A stretch of 64,000 nucleotides of DNA from an uncultured Chitinophagales bacterium (GCA_964413685.1 CAYPSW010000002.1:141526-205525); one strand, 5' to 3'. Shown: positions 21,173-30,939, counted from the first letter of the stretch. The notes: a model not told the origin generated them from the letters alone. A program made the numbers and translations.

Positions 21173-22498
21173 ATGAAGAGAAATCTGAGTTTTACGGTCT
21201 TATTGTTTTTTGTTGCTTTTCAGGGAGCTGCTCAGGCCAACTTGCTGCAATCTGGCCCTATGGTGGGATATTCTACGATGCGTGAAGTTGAGCTTTGGGT
21301 TCAAACAAAAGGAGCAGCTACTGTTTTTTATCATTTTTGGGACGTGAATGATTCGGCAACAATTTATGAATCTGATTTTGCTCAAACCGCTAAGGAAGAT
21401 TATTTCACTGCTAAAATTAAAGTAGGTCCGCTTGAACCGGGCAAGCATTACCGTTATCAATTGTTCATCAACGGGCAGTTGGAAGAAAGGCCTTATCCGC
21501 TGGAGTTTCAAACCCAGACCTTATGGCAATGGCGCAGTGATCCACCGGAATTTGATTTTGCTTTCGGCTCTTGCCTTTACATTAATGATGAAAAATACGA
21601 CAGGCCCAATAATAAATATGGTGGCCAATACGAGATTATAAACTCCATCTACGCAAAACATCCTGATTTTATGGTTTGGGATGGCGATAATACGTACCTG
21701 CGTGAAGCCGACTGGAATTCGGAAACAGGAATTGCATATCGATATACCCGTGACCGTTCTCTTCCTGAGATGCAATCTTTGCTCGGCTCAGTTCATAACT
21801 ATGCCATCTGGGATGATCATGATTTTGGCCCCAATGATTCGGATAAAAGATATTGGAACAAAGAAATTACCGAAAAGGTGTTCAATGATTTTTGGGCCAA
21901 TCCCAATACCAATCAGACAGGGAAAGGAGGTATTACCGGAACTTTCCAATGGGCCGATTGTCAGTTTTTCCTGCTGGACGACCGTTGGTTCAGAAGTCCG
22001 GATAACTATACTGGCTCGGATAAGGTGATGTTTGGTGAGGTACAACTTAATTGGCTGCTTGATGTGCTTGAATATAGTCAGGCCCCATTCAAATTTGTGG
22101 TTACAGGCGGACAAATACTCAATCCTGCTTCCATTTATGAAACCTATGCAACATTCCCTGAAGAACGTCAAAAACTGCTGGATGAGATTGCCACAAGGGA
22201 AATTAAAGGAGTCATCTTTCTGACAGGGGATCGGCATCTGACAGAATTGACTAAGTTGGAACGTTCAGGCACTTATCCGCTATATGACCTAACGGTCAGC
22301 CCTTTGACGAGCGGGCCCAATACAAACCGCAATGAAGGTAATACCCTACAAGTGCCGGGCACGCTTTTAAATGAAAGGAACTTTGCGATTTTACATGTTT
22401 CAGGAAAACGCACAGATCGTGTGCTAGATATAAACACTTTTTCGGTATCGGGGGAAGAACGATGGCATTATCAGATTAAAGCTTCTGATCTGCGCTAA
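21173..22498 (+). CDS. phoD: PhoD-like phosphatase (metallophosphoesterase)
   Basis: 441 aa with a signal peptide, FAFGSC, WDGDNTYL, IWDDHDFGPND and FLTGDRH. Confidence 0.85.
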   Translation: MKRNLSFTVLLFFVAFQGAAQANLLQSGPMVGYSTMREVELWVQTKGAATVFYHFWDVNDSATIYESDFAQTAKEDYFTAKIKVGPLEPGKHYRYQLFINGQLEERPYPLEFQTQTLWQWRSDPPEFDFAFGSCLYINDEKYDRPNNKYGGQYEIINSIYAKHPDFMVWDGDNTYLREADWNSETGIAYRYTRDRSLPEMQSLLGSVHNYAIWDDHDFGPNDSDKRYWNKEITEKVFNDFWANPNTNQTGKGGITGTFQWADCQFFLLDDRWFRSPDNYTGSDKVMFGEVQLNWLLDVLEYSQAPFKFVVTGGQILNPASIYETYATFPEERQKLLDEIATREIKGVIFLTGDRHLTELTKLERSGTYPLYDLTVSPLTSGPNTNRNEGNTLQVPGTLLNERNFAILHVSGKRTDRVLDINTFSVSGEERWHYQIKASDLR

Positions 22499-22571
22499 GT
22501 GAATAGATATATCACTATCAGTTTTAATGATTTTTTAATCTGAATAGCGTTGATTTGGATTGTTGCATGTT

Positions 22572-22579
22572 TATTTTTG
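22572..22579 (+). promoter_or_regulatory. -7 promoter box (TATTTTTG) upstream of the DUF2231-RR-HK operon
   Basis: Exact TAnnTTTG, 16 nt upstream of the GTG start at 22596. Confidence 0.45.
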
Positions 22580-22595
22580 AATTAAAATATATTTT

Positions 22596-23096
22596 GTGCT
22601 TGGTATAAATCTACTTCACCCGATGTTTGTTCATTTTCCAATTGCTCTGATATTGGCTGCCTTGCTCGCGGATTTATCGGGTTTGGTCTTGAAAAAACCA
22701 CAACTGCATAAAACAGCACTTTTCCTGCTCATTACTGGAACCCTGGGAGCCATTGCTGCATACTTGACAGGAGACTTGGCAGAAGAAAATATACAGCATA
22801 CCAAAATTATACATCAATATGTTGAAGAGCATGAGCATTGGGCTTTCTTTGCAATGTGGGGATGTATTATAAGCACGATATTCAGATTAGTAATCATCTT
22901 CCTCGATCGCTTTTATGGCATCATGAAATATGTATCTATTGTATTAGTAGGTATTTGTGTCATCTTAATCAGTATTGCAGGATATTTTGGAGGCGAGTTA
23001 GTTTATACGCATAAAGCGTTGGCAAATAATTTTACTACATTAAATGAGATCAATGGATATAGTGGGGGATACGGAGAATTTAAGTCAGATTATTAA
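22596..23096 (+). CDS. DUF2231-like membrane protein
   Basis: 166 aa with 4 predicted TM segments. HPMFVHFPIAL matches the DUF2231 N-terminal motif. GTG start as in the ORF track. Confidence 0.55.
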   Translation: MLGINLLHPMFVHFPIALILAALLADLSGLVLKKPQLHKTALFLLITGTLGAIAAYLTGDLAEENIQHTKIIHQYVEEHEHWAFFAMWGCIISTIFRLVIIFLDRFYGIMKYVSIVLVGICVILISIAGYFGGELVYTHKALANNFTTLNEINGYSGGYGEFKSDY

Positions 23097-23112
23097 TTTT
23101 ACAGAAAAGATT

Positions 23113-23787
23113 ATGCATCTCTTAATTATTGAAGACGAAGAAGGTATCGGTAATTTTCTGAAAGAAGGTCTTGAAGAGGAAAATTATATCGTAACGCTTG
23201 CTCATGACGGGAAAGAGGGTATGAAATTGGCTACAGACCTGAATAACAAATACGATTTGCTTCTGGTTGATTGGATGTTGCCTGGTTATAACGGACTTGA
23301 GATTTGCAAAGCCTTTAGAAAGATAGACACAGAAACACCTTTTCTTTTTCTTACGGCAAAAGATACCGCTCAGGACACCATTAATGCTCTGGAGGCCGGT
23401 GCCAATGACTATGTGAAAAAACCTTTTGATTTTGAGGAATTACTGGCCCGCATCAGGGTTCAGCTCAGGCCTTCACCGGTTGATCATTCTACCCTTACTT
23501 TGCAGGATATTGAAATTGATTTGAACAAGCACATTATTATTCAGGGTGGGAAAGCTATTGAGCTGACTCAGAAAGAATTTGCTTTGCTGGAATATCTAGT
23601 TCAGCATAAGGGAAAGGTATGTTCCAGAGTCAGCATCATTGAAAAAGTTTGGGATATTCATTTCGACTATGATACTGCTGTAATAGATGTTTATATAAAC
23701 TTCCTGCGAAAGAAATTAAAATCTGCATCGAAGAGAAAATATTTCAAAACCGTCAGAGGCGTAGGTTATATGGCCCTTGAAGAATAA
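23113..23787 (+). CDS. OmpR/PhoB-family response regulator
   Basis: Start moved to the ATG at 23113 (MHLLIIEDEE). Receiver domain with LLLVDWMLPG..G and KPF, plus a winged-helix C-terminus (LT.KEF.LLEYL, TVRGVGY). Confidence 0.92.
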   Translation: MHLLIIEDEEGIGNFLKEGLEEENYIVTLAHDGKEGMKLATDLNNKYDLLLVDWMLPGYNGLEICKAFRKIDTETPFLFLTAKDTAQDTINALEAGANDYVKKPFDFEELLARIRVQLRPSPVDHSTLTLQDIEIDLNKHIIIQGGKAIELTQKEFALLEYLVQHKGKVCSRVSIIEKVWDIHFDYDTAVIDVYINFLRKKLKSASKRKYFKTVRGVGYMALEE

Positions 23788-25178
23788 TGAAGTTAAATCT
23801 CAAGAACAGAATTGCCTTCTATTATATGTTGCTTACGGCAGCATTGGTTGCCTTGGTCTTTGTCTTTTTATTCACTATTGTTGAGCGAACTGTCTATAAT
23901 CATCTTGATGCAAAATTAGTTGAGGAGTCGGATGATATTTACGAATCCATTGAATTTGTAAATAATAAATTACAGGTCATTAATGAAGCCGAATGGAATG
24001 AGTCGGAGCATGCCCATGTAGAAATTAATCCAACTTTTGTTGAAGTACGTGATGCTTTGGGTGCCGTAATTAAACAAAGCAACAATCTCTCAAGCAATAA
24101 GTTACAGTTTAAGGGAAGGCAACTCACAACCTATTACGTCAATTCGAAATTATCGGAAACAGGCACTCGGCAGATTCAAAGACCTATCATTTCCAGCTCA
24201 GGGCAATTGCTTGGGTTTATTCTTGTTGCCCTTCCGAGAGAAGAATCAGTTCTGGTACTATCAACCTTAAGGAAAGTGCTGTATGTAGGCTATCCTCTGG
24301 TTCTGATATTTTTGTTTGCGTTTACCCGAATTATTGCTGGTTCGCTCATGCTGCCAATCAATCGTATTATTAATTCTGCTGAGCAAATTACCCGCGAAAA
24401 TCTGGATGATCGGGTACCGGTACCAAAGAGGAAAGATGAATTGTATACGTTGGCCAATTCTATCAATGACCTGCTCGACCGTTTGAATGATGTGATTGTA
24501 AGAGAACAACAATTCACTTCTAATGCCAGTCATGAATTAAGAACCCCCTTGTCGGTTATCAAGGGAACTTTGGAAGTTTTAATAAGAAAACCGCGTGACA
24601 ACAAGCATTATGAAAGAAAGGTAAACTACTGCATTGATGAGGTTAATAGAATGTCTATCCTGGTTGATCAACTTTTGATGCTTGCCCGGCATGAAAGTGG
24701 ACAGGAAAACCTGAATGAAAGGATCATTGTTGTGGAAGGAATAATAACAGATGCCTTGGTGAGACTACAGGATAGTATTGCAGCAAAAAAGCTCAAAGTT
24801 CATATGCATTCTGGAAAAGGAGAAAGAATAAAGGCTGATCCATTCCTTGTAGAAACTATTTTTGAAAATGTACTCTCTAATGCGGTTAAATATTCTGAAG
24901 CAAGCAAGAATATTTTTATTGAAATTTTTCGAAAAAACAAAAAGATTGTTTGTTCTGTTCGTGATGAAGGAAAAGGAATGCATGAGGACGAAATTAAAAT
25001 GGCTTTTCACAGATTTTATCGAACTAAATATTCCCGCGACAGCAAGATTGAAGGAAGCGGTATTGGCTTAGCCTTAATTAAAAGGTTGGCTGAACTGCAA
25101 GGGATACATGTTGAATTAAGCAGCGAATTTGGATCGGGAACAACATTTACTTTATCTTTTCCTTCTATAAAGGCTTAA
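23787..25178 (+). CDS. Sensor histidine kinase (2 TM, periplasmic domain, HAMP, HisKA, HATPase_c)
   Basis: 463 aa with H-box SNASHELRTPL, N-box NAVKYS and G-boxes DEGKGM / GSGIGLALI. The start ATG overlaps the RR stop codon by 1 nt (TAATG). Confidence 0.92.
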   Translation: MKLNLKNRIAFYYMLLTAALVALVFVFLFTIVERTVYNHLDAKLVEESDDIYESIEFVNNKLQVINEAEWNESEHAHVEINPTFVEVRDALGAVIKQSNNLSSNKLQFKGRQLTTYYVNSKLSETGTRQIQRPIISSSGQLLGFILVALPREESVLVLSTLRKVLYVGYPLVLIFLFAFTRIIAGSLMLPINRIINSAEQITRENLDDRVPVPKRKDELYTLANSINDLLDRLNDVIVREQQFTSNASHELRTPLSVIKGTLEVLIRKPRDNKHYERKVNYCIDEVNRMSILVDQLLMLARHESGQENLNERIIVVEGIITDALVRLQDSIAAKKLKVHMHSGKGERIKADPFLVETIFENVLSNAVKYSEASKNIFIEIFRKNKKIVCSVRDEGKGMHEDEIKMAFHRFYRTKYSRDSKIEGSGIGLALIKRLAELQGIHVELSSEFGSGTTFTLSFPSIKA

Positions 25179-25323
25179 CTTTTAATTCAATTTTAAGTTT
25201 TCTTTAAGAAATTGAAAGATGAAATGGCATACTTTTGATTTTTGATAATAATACTAAGGGATTGAAATGATTCCTTTTTGAAGATAAGTAAGTTTTTGTA
25301 TTCAGGCTTTGGCTTTTAGGTTT

Positions 25324-25356
25324 AAACCGGCTTCCTTTTTGGAAGCCGGTTTTTTT
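25324..25356 (+). terminator. Intrinsic terminator of the two-component operon; it overlaps the stop codon of the convergent S9 peptidase gene
   Basis: Perfect 12-bp stem AAACCGGCTTCC/GGAAGCCGGTTT with loop TTTTT, followed by a T-run. Confidence 0.85.
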
Positions 25357-27388
25357 ATTTCAGCCACTTGTCCAGCCATCCAAAAAATTCACGTTGCCAT
25401 AAAATACCGTTTTGGGGATGTAGCACCCAATGATTTTCATTCGGCATATATAGGAAACGAGCCGGAATACCTTGTGCTTTGGCTGCAGTGAAAGCCTGCA
25501 ATCCTTCTGATATATCTACCCGATAATCGTTTTGCCCGTGAATTATCATGATAGGAGTATCCCAATTTTGAACATATCGATGAGGCGAGAATTTGTCATA
25601 CCTGGCTTTCATTGATTTATCCCAATAGGGTCCACCCAGATCCCAATTGACAAAGAAAAGTTCTTCGGTTGTTCCGTACATACTTTCAAGATTAAAAACA
25701 CCATCGTGTGCAATAAATGCTTTAAATCTTTTTTCGTGATTGCCGGCCAGCCAATAGATTGAATAGCCTCCAAAACTGGCACCAACGGCTCCCAGCCGAT
25801 TTTCGTCAACATAAGGTTCTAATGTTAAGGCATCAATGGCGCTCAAGTAATCTTTCATGGCTTGCCCACCCCAGTCTTTGCTTATTTCGTCATTCCAATC
25901 CCGGCCGAAAGATGGTAATCCTCTTCTGTTCGGAGCTACGACAATATAACCTTTGGCTGCCATCATCTGGAAATTCCAACGAATACTGAAAAACTGGCTG
26001 ACAGCTGACTGAGGACCACCCTGGCAATACAGCAAAGTGGGATACTTTTTAGAAGCATCAAAATCAGGCGGATAAATAATCCATACTTTTTCCTGTTTTC
26101 CATCTGTAGTGGGTATCCATCTAGATTCAACCTTTCCCCATGTGATAGCTTTTATTTTTTCTTCATTGGCAAAATCAAGTTGCTTGGCCGACCCATTTTT
26201 AATATCTACGGTGTATAATTCATTCGGGTGAGACATAGACATTCGATTGGTTACAAATAGCTTCCCGGCTTGTTCAAATGCAGTGTAATCGTGTACTCCT
26301 TTGCTTATTTGCCTGATGCTTCCATCCTTTGGATTCAATTCAAAAAGTTGATAGGTTGCTTCAACACCACTGATGAAATATATAAGCTTACCGTCATCGC
26401 TCCAAGTTGGATTATTTACATTTCGGTCTAGTCCGATGCTAACTTCCTTTATTTTTCTACTCGCCATATCCATAAGCATTACCCGGTTACGATCTGATTC
26501 GAATCCTGAATGCTCCATGCTGCTCCACATTAGATAAAATCCATCTGAGGAAAAAGATGGATTTTTATCATAACCCATCATTCCAGCAGAAATATCATGG
26601 GTCACTCCGGGTTTCAGCTCATATAGGTAAATATCAGAATTGGTGCTGATTGCATATTCGGTTCCAGTACTTTTTTTACAGGTGTATGCAATCATCCTTT
26701 CATCCGGGCTCCAGCATATATTTGCTTTTCCATCGAATGGTTTTAAAGGCACATCATAGGGTTCAGTTTCCATAATATCAGTGATATAGTCTGATATACT
26801 TCCGTCTGAATACTTTGTGTAAAAGACATGGCTATAGTATTCATCTTCCCATACATCCCAATGCCGATAACTCAAATCGGTAATTATTTTTCCCTGAGCT
26901 TTTGGCAAATCAGGATAAATATCCTGCGTAGTCAAAGCATTCTTCACCTCATGAGTGAATGATAAATAATGCATGTATGGAGAATAATCAACATTTCCTA
27001 TTCCGCCTTCAATATCAGTTACCTGACGGAGTCCGCTTCCATCTGGATTTATTTCATAAAACTGCGGAGAACCATTGTCCATTGAAAGAAAACCAATTTT
27101 CAGACCGTCTGGTCGCCAAATTTCATTATATTCACTTGCAGGAGTCGATGTTAATTGTGTAACGCTTCCTCCTTTTACAGGAACAAGATATAAATCTCTG
27201 TTCGAGGTGTTTGCCTCAATATCAGTACTGGTAATACCAAATACTATCCATTTTCCATCAGGTGAAACAGCCGTTCCGCTGACCCTTTTCAGTGTCCATA
27301 ATTGTTCAGGAGTTAAAAGATTTTGTGCTACAAGGACATTGCTTATCAGGATCAAAGCAAGAATTGTCAGTCTTTTTATTTTTTTCAT
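25355..27388 (-). CDS. S9-family serine peptidase (prolyl oligopeptidase / acylaminoacyl-peptidase type)
   Basis: 677 aa with a signal peptide and an N-terminal WD40-like/TolB-like propeller (SPDG repeats). The C-terminal alpha/beta hydrolase carries the nucleophile motif GASFGGYS. Confidence 0.88.
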   Translation of the reverse strand: MKKIKRLTILALILISNVLVAQNLLTPEQLWTLKRVSGTAVSPDGKWIVFGITSTDIEANTSNRDLYLVPVKGGSVTQLTSTPASEYNEIWRPDGLKIGFLSMDNGSPQFYEINPDGSGLRQVTDIEGGIGNVDYSPYMHYLSFTHEVKNALTTQDIYPDLPKAQGKIITDLSYRHWDVWEDEYYSHVFYTKYSDGSISDYITDIMETEPYDVPLKPFDGKANICWSPDERMIAYTCKKSTGTEYAISTNSDIYLYELKPGVTHDISAGMMGYDKNPSFSSDGFYLMWSSMEHSGFESDRNRVMLMDMASRKIKEVSIGLDRNVNNPTWSDDGKLIYFISGVEATYQLFELNPKDGSIRQISKGVHDYTAFEQAGKLFVTNRMSMSHPNELYTVDIKNGSAKQLDFANEEKIKAITWGKVESRWIPTTDGKQEKVWIIYPPDFDASKKYPTLLYCQGGPQSAVSQFFSIRWNFQMMAAKGYIVVAPNRRGLPSFGRDWNDEISKDWGGQAMKDYLSAIDALTLEPYVDENRLGAVGASFGGYSIYWLAGNHEKRFKAFIAHDGVFNLESMYGTTEELFFVNWDLGGPYWDKSMKARYDKFSPHRYVQNWDTPIMIIHGQNDYRVDISEGLQAFTAAKAQGIPARFLYMPNENHWVLHPQNGILWQREFFGWLDKWLK

Positions 27389-27435
27389 CTTTTAAATTTT
27401 ATGTTAAAATAGTACTGAAAAATTAAATTAGCACT

Positions 27436-27443
27436 CAAAACTA
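27436..27443 (-). promoter_or_regulatory. -7 promoter box (TAGTTTTG), candidate promoter of the S9 peptidase gene
   Basis: Exact TAnnTTTG on the minus strand, 47 nt upstream of the ATG at 27388. Confidence 0.35.
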
Positions 27444-27478
27444 ATAGAAAGCGATCAAGTCTGCACAAATCTAATACC

Positions 27479-28735
27479 ATGAAAGGAGAAAGTAGAAGTT
27501 TGCGTGGTTTTATCAGTATGATGGGACCGGGACTGCTTTATGCCGGAGCAGCAATAGGTGTCAGCCATTTGGTACAATCTACCCGGGCAGGGGCCATGTA
27601 CGGATTTGCTGTGGTATGGGCCGTTGTTTTGGCCAATGTTATGAAATACCCGTTTTTTCAATTTGGGCCCAGATATGCAGCTGCCACCGGTAAAAGCCTG
27701 ATTGACGGATACCGGAAATTGGGTGTTTTCCCTATGGTCTTGTTTCTGCTTATCACCATCGGAACAATATTTACCATTCAGGCAGCCGTGACAGTGGTTA
27801 CAGGCGCCATCGCATCGTTCGTTTTTGGTATTTCCTGGCCGATGTGGATATGGAGTGCTATTGTGCTTTTTATTGCCATTCTGATTCTGTTTTCCGGCAG
27901 GTATAATTCCCTTGATCTAGCGATTAAGATTATCATTGTAATGCTTGCTGTCTCAACAATATCTGCTGCAGTAATAGGGATTTTAAATCATGGCTTTAGC
28001 GGACACAACGGTCAATTTGTCTGGGACAAAATCGGGATTGCTTTTTTAATTGCTCTGATGGGATGGATGCCATCCCCGATTGATCTCTCAGTTTGGCATT
28101 CATTGTGGTCGCTTGAAAAAAGCAAACAGATAGGGCATCGAACTTCCCTGCGGGATGCTTTACTGGATTTCAATATCGGATATTGGGGAACAGCCGTTTT
28201 AGCGCTTGCTTTTATTACCCTTGGTGCTTTGATCATGTTTGGCAATGGTCAGGTATTTTCACCCAATGGCGGAGTCTTTGCAGGCCAGCTGATTAATATG
28301 TACACTCATAGCCTGGGAAACTGGACCTACCCCATTATTGCTGTTGCGGCTTTAACCACCATGTTCAGCACTACACTGACTTGCCTGGATGCCATTCCAC
28401 GGGTATTGGAACGTTCTACGCTTTTAATTTTTCCGGCTTTGTCACCAACAGATCGTCACCAAACCATTTATTGGGTTTGGCTTATTGTACTGGTGATTGG
28501 TGCTTTGATCATACTCGGTTTCTTTATAAGCAGCATGCAAAGTATGGTAAATCTGGCAACCATTTTATCATTTTTGACTGCGCCTGTTCTGGCAATCATG
28601 AATCACCTGGTTATATTCAGTGATCAGGTGCCAGCTGCGTTTAAACCCGGCATGAGGATGAAAATATATTCTATACTTGGAATTCTGTTTCTGACCGGAT
28701 TTGCCGGAATATATATCTGGTCGCAATGGGCATAA
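27479..28735 (+). CDS. Nramp/SLC11-fold transporter, non-canonical (lacks the DPGN and MPH metal-site motifs)
   Basis: 418 aa with about 11 TM segments. The N-terminal MGPGLLYAGAAIGVSHLVQSTRAGAMYGF aligns by eye to MntH [29 protein letters not shown]. In TM6, WMPS stands where VMPH is expected. Confidence 0.7.
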   Translation: MKGESRSLRGFISMMGPGLLYAGAAIGVSHLVQSTRAGAMYGFAVVWAVVLANVMKYPFFQFGPRYAAATGKSLIDGYRKLGVFPMVLFLLITIGTIFTIQAAVTVVTGAIASFVFGISWPMWIWSAIVLFIAILILFSGRYNSLDLAIKIIIVMLAVSTISAAVIGILNHGFSGHNGQFVWDKIGIAFLIALMGWMPSPIDLSVWHSLWSLEKSKQIGHRTSLRDALLDFNIGYWGTAVLALAFITLGALIMFGNGQVFSPNGGVFAGQLINMYTHSLGNWTYPIIAVAALTTMFSTTLTCLDAIPRVLERSTLLIFPALSPTDRHQTIYWVWLIVLVIGALIILGFFISSMQSMVNLATILSFLTAPVLAIMNHLVIFSDQVPAAFKPGMRMKIYSILGILFLTGFAGIYIWSQWA

Positions 28736-28766
28736 AAAAACAGCTACCCAATTAGATAGCTGTTTT
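28734..28766. terminator. Bidirectional terminator between the Nramp-like gene and the S46 peptidase gene
   Basis: AAAAAAA-CAGCTA-(10-nt loop)-TAGCTG-TTTT. The A/T runs extend the stem and supply U-tracts on both strands. Confidence 0.6.
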
Positions 28767-28785
28767 AATAATTCAGCTGTTTCAA

Positions 28786-30927
28786 TTATTCTACCAATGT
28801 CATTTCATTAATCAGATTTTTTGCACCCATCACTTTATCAATGACGAAAAGCACATAACGTATATCAACACTGATGGTTCGCTTATATTCATCGTCATAG
28901 ATTAAATCTCCGGTCATGGCTTCCCAGTTACCGTCAAAGGCAATGCCGATAAGTTCACCATTGCCATTGATAACAGAGCTTCCGGAGTTTCCACCTGTGA
29001 TGTCATTATCAGTGAGAAAATCAGTATGAATGCTGCCGTCTTTATCTGCATAAGGACCAAAATCCTTTTTAAGATAAAGTTGTTTAAGTTTTGCCGGCAC
29101 AATAAACTCTTCATTATTTGGATCTTCTTTTTCCATAATGCCATCGAGAGTCGTGAAGTGCAGGTATTTGACACCATCGCGGGGATAATAATCCCGAACG
29201 GTACCATAAGTCAGACGTTCGGTAGAATTAGCATCTGGATAAAAGAATCTATCGGAATGCATTTCCATTAAACCTGCAAGATAGGTTTTACGGCCTTCAG
29301 CAATCTGAGCTCTTAAAGTTCTGAAATTAGGCAGAATGATTGTAAAGTAATGATTCAGCATATCCGTCATCATGCTAAATCCAAGATCCTTTTGCATGGT
29401 CTTCAGTGTTGGGTTATCCAGGAAAGCCATGGCAGCTTCTTTTGAAGCAAGAAATGATTTTGCATAAACTTTCGCTGCTAATTTTGTCCAATTCCCTTTA
29501 TACTTTTTATTTAAAGCCACCATAAATTCAGGCCTTTGATCTGCTGGCAAATCGTTGTACATCATTGCAATAAGTGCTGCAAAAACCTTTTGATCAGTAG
29601 CTAAATTATAATCTTTAAAATAATCTTCTACTTTCGGTTTCATTTGGTCCGCAATTTCATTTACCTGTTTGATGTCAACCGAATCAGCAGAGAGTGCTTT
29701 GTTAAGCCCACGGAATTGGAGGGCGAAGGCTTCTATTTCAACTCCAAAATAGGCCTCAACCATATATTGGAAAAACAAATCGTAAGGCTGATATTGAGTA
29801 TAAGCATTTTCAAGTTGATTTAAAGCATCTCCATATTTGTCTTTACGACTTTGATCGGCATTTACCCATTCAATAAAATCTTTTTCGATTCCTTGTTTTA
29901 CTTTAACCGTATGCAACCTGGCCAAACCTTCATCCTGGCCAATAAAGTATTTGTAGTAGTTGCTTACTTGTGAATACTTGGCAGCATATTTAATCCGGAT
30001 TGATTCATCCCTATCCATATCTTCTTTAATCAATGATAAGCGTTCGCCTCTAATTTTAACACGAACCGGATTTGATTGTGATTGGTCCAGATTAATGCCG
30101 TAAGAGGATCTATATCTGTCTGTCCGGCCGGGAAAGCCCATAATCATAGCAAAATCACCCGTTTCTACCCCTTTTAAACTTATTGGTAAAAAATGTCTTG
30201 GATGATAAGGCACATTTTCTTCAGAATAAGGAGCGGGACTGCCATCGGGGGCAGTGTAAACACGCATGATAGAGAAGTCTCCGGTTTGGCGGGGCCATTC
30301 CCAGTTATCTGTATCGCCACCAAATTTACCGATCGCAGATGGGGGAGCACCCACCAGACGTACATCAGGAAATGTTTCGTAAACAAACAAGAAGTATTGA
30401 TTACCATCAAACATTTCATTAATCTCTGCCCGATAATAATTTTCAGAAGTTGCCTCAGCTATTATTTTATTTTCTTCTTCCATATATGCCATAGGGTCAT
30501 CAGCATATGGTTTCAGCCTTGCTGTAACGTCATCCATTCGAATCAGAATAGATGCATCAACGCCATCAGCCGGTAATTCATCAGCCTTAGTCTTGGCGTA
30601 AAATCCATTGGTGAGGTAGTCATTTTCCACGGAACTATAGTATTGAATAGTTTCGTAACCGCAATGATGATTTGTAAGCATTAAGCCATCAGCCGAAACC
30701 AGCTCGGCAGAACAAAACCTAAGCGAAACTATCGCATCTTTAACCGAAGAATTGTTAATTGAATAAATGTCTTCCGGGGTAAGTTTTAATCCCAATTTTT
30801 TCATTTGCTCATAATTCTTATTTAAATACATGAGCAACCACATGCCTTCATCAGCTTTGACGGGGGCAGATCCAACTAGTAATAAAGCAGATGCTAAAGC
30901 AATCGTAAATTTCTGAAACCGTTTCAT
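28786..30927 (-). CDS. S46-family dipeptidyl-peptidase (DPP7/DPP11 type)
   Basis: 713 aa. Signal peptide followed by DEGMWL, catalytic His in TNHHCG and catalytic Ser in GGNSGSSV. Confidence 0.9.
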   Translation of the reverse strand: MKRFQKFTIALASALLLVGSAPVKADEGMWLLMYLNKNYEQMKKLGLKLTPEDIYSINNSSVKDAIVSLRFCSAELVSADGLMLTNHHCGYETIQYYSSVENDYLTNGFYAKTKADELPADGVDASILIRMDDVTARLKPYADDPMAYMEEENKIIAEATSENYYRAEINEMFDGNQYFLFVYETFPDVRLVGAPPSAIGKFGGDTDNWEWPRQTGDFSIMRVYTAPDGSPAPYSEENVPYHPRHFLPISLKGVETGDFAMIMGFPGRTDRYRSSYGINLDQSQSNPVRVKIRGERLSLIKEDMDRDESIRIKYAAKYSQVSNYYKYFIGQDEGLARLHTVKVKQGIEKDFIEWVNADQSRKDKYGDALNQLENAYTQYQPYDLFFQYMVEAYFGVEIEAFALQFRGLNKALSADSVDIKQVNEIADQMKPKVEDYFKDYNLATDQKVFAALIAMMYNDLPADQRPEFMVALNKKYKGNWTKLAAKVYAKSFLASKEAAMAFLDNPTLKTMQKDLGFSMMTDMLNHYFTIILPNFRTLRAQIAEGRKTYLAGLMEMHSDRFFYPDANSTERLTYGTVRDYYPRDGVKYLHFTTLDGIMEKEDPNNEEFIVPAKLKQLYLKKDFGPYADKDGSIHTDFLTDNDITGGNSGSSVINGNGELIGIAFDGNWEAMTGDLIYDDEYKRTISVDIRYVLFVIDKVMGAKNLINEMTLVE

Positions 30928-30931
30928 AAAA

Positions 30932-30939
30932 TAATTTTG
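30932..30939 (+). promoter_or_regulatory. Orphan -7 promoter box (TAATTTTG) facing away from the S46 gene
   Basis: Exact TAnnTTTG on the plus strand, 4 nt beyond the S46 start codon. No annotated plus-strand gene lies before the terminator at 31032-31074. Confidence 0.4.

Noticed and set aside
21200-22237. A cluster of five or six alternative-frame and antisense ORFs of 63-149 aa inside phoD. Similar ones lie inside other genes: 10352-10762, 17434-18216, 30193-30576 and 60028-60372.
   Set aside because: They sit entirely within well-supported genes with clear family motifs. Their translations are low-complexity or Cys/Ile/Phe-rich. They are explained by locally lower stop-codon frequency and by the antisense of Lys/Glu-rich sequence. 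None has its own promoter box.
25197-25232. A long AT-rich hairpin (TTCAATTT-TAAG-TTTT-CTTA-AG-AAATTGAA) just after the histidine kinase stop.
   Set aside because: It has no U-tract and low stability (almost all A-T pairs). The strong terminator at 25324 already accounts for operon termination.
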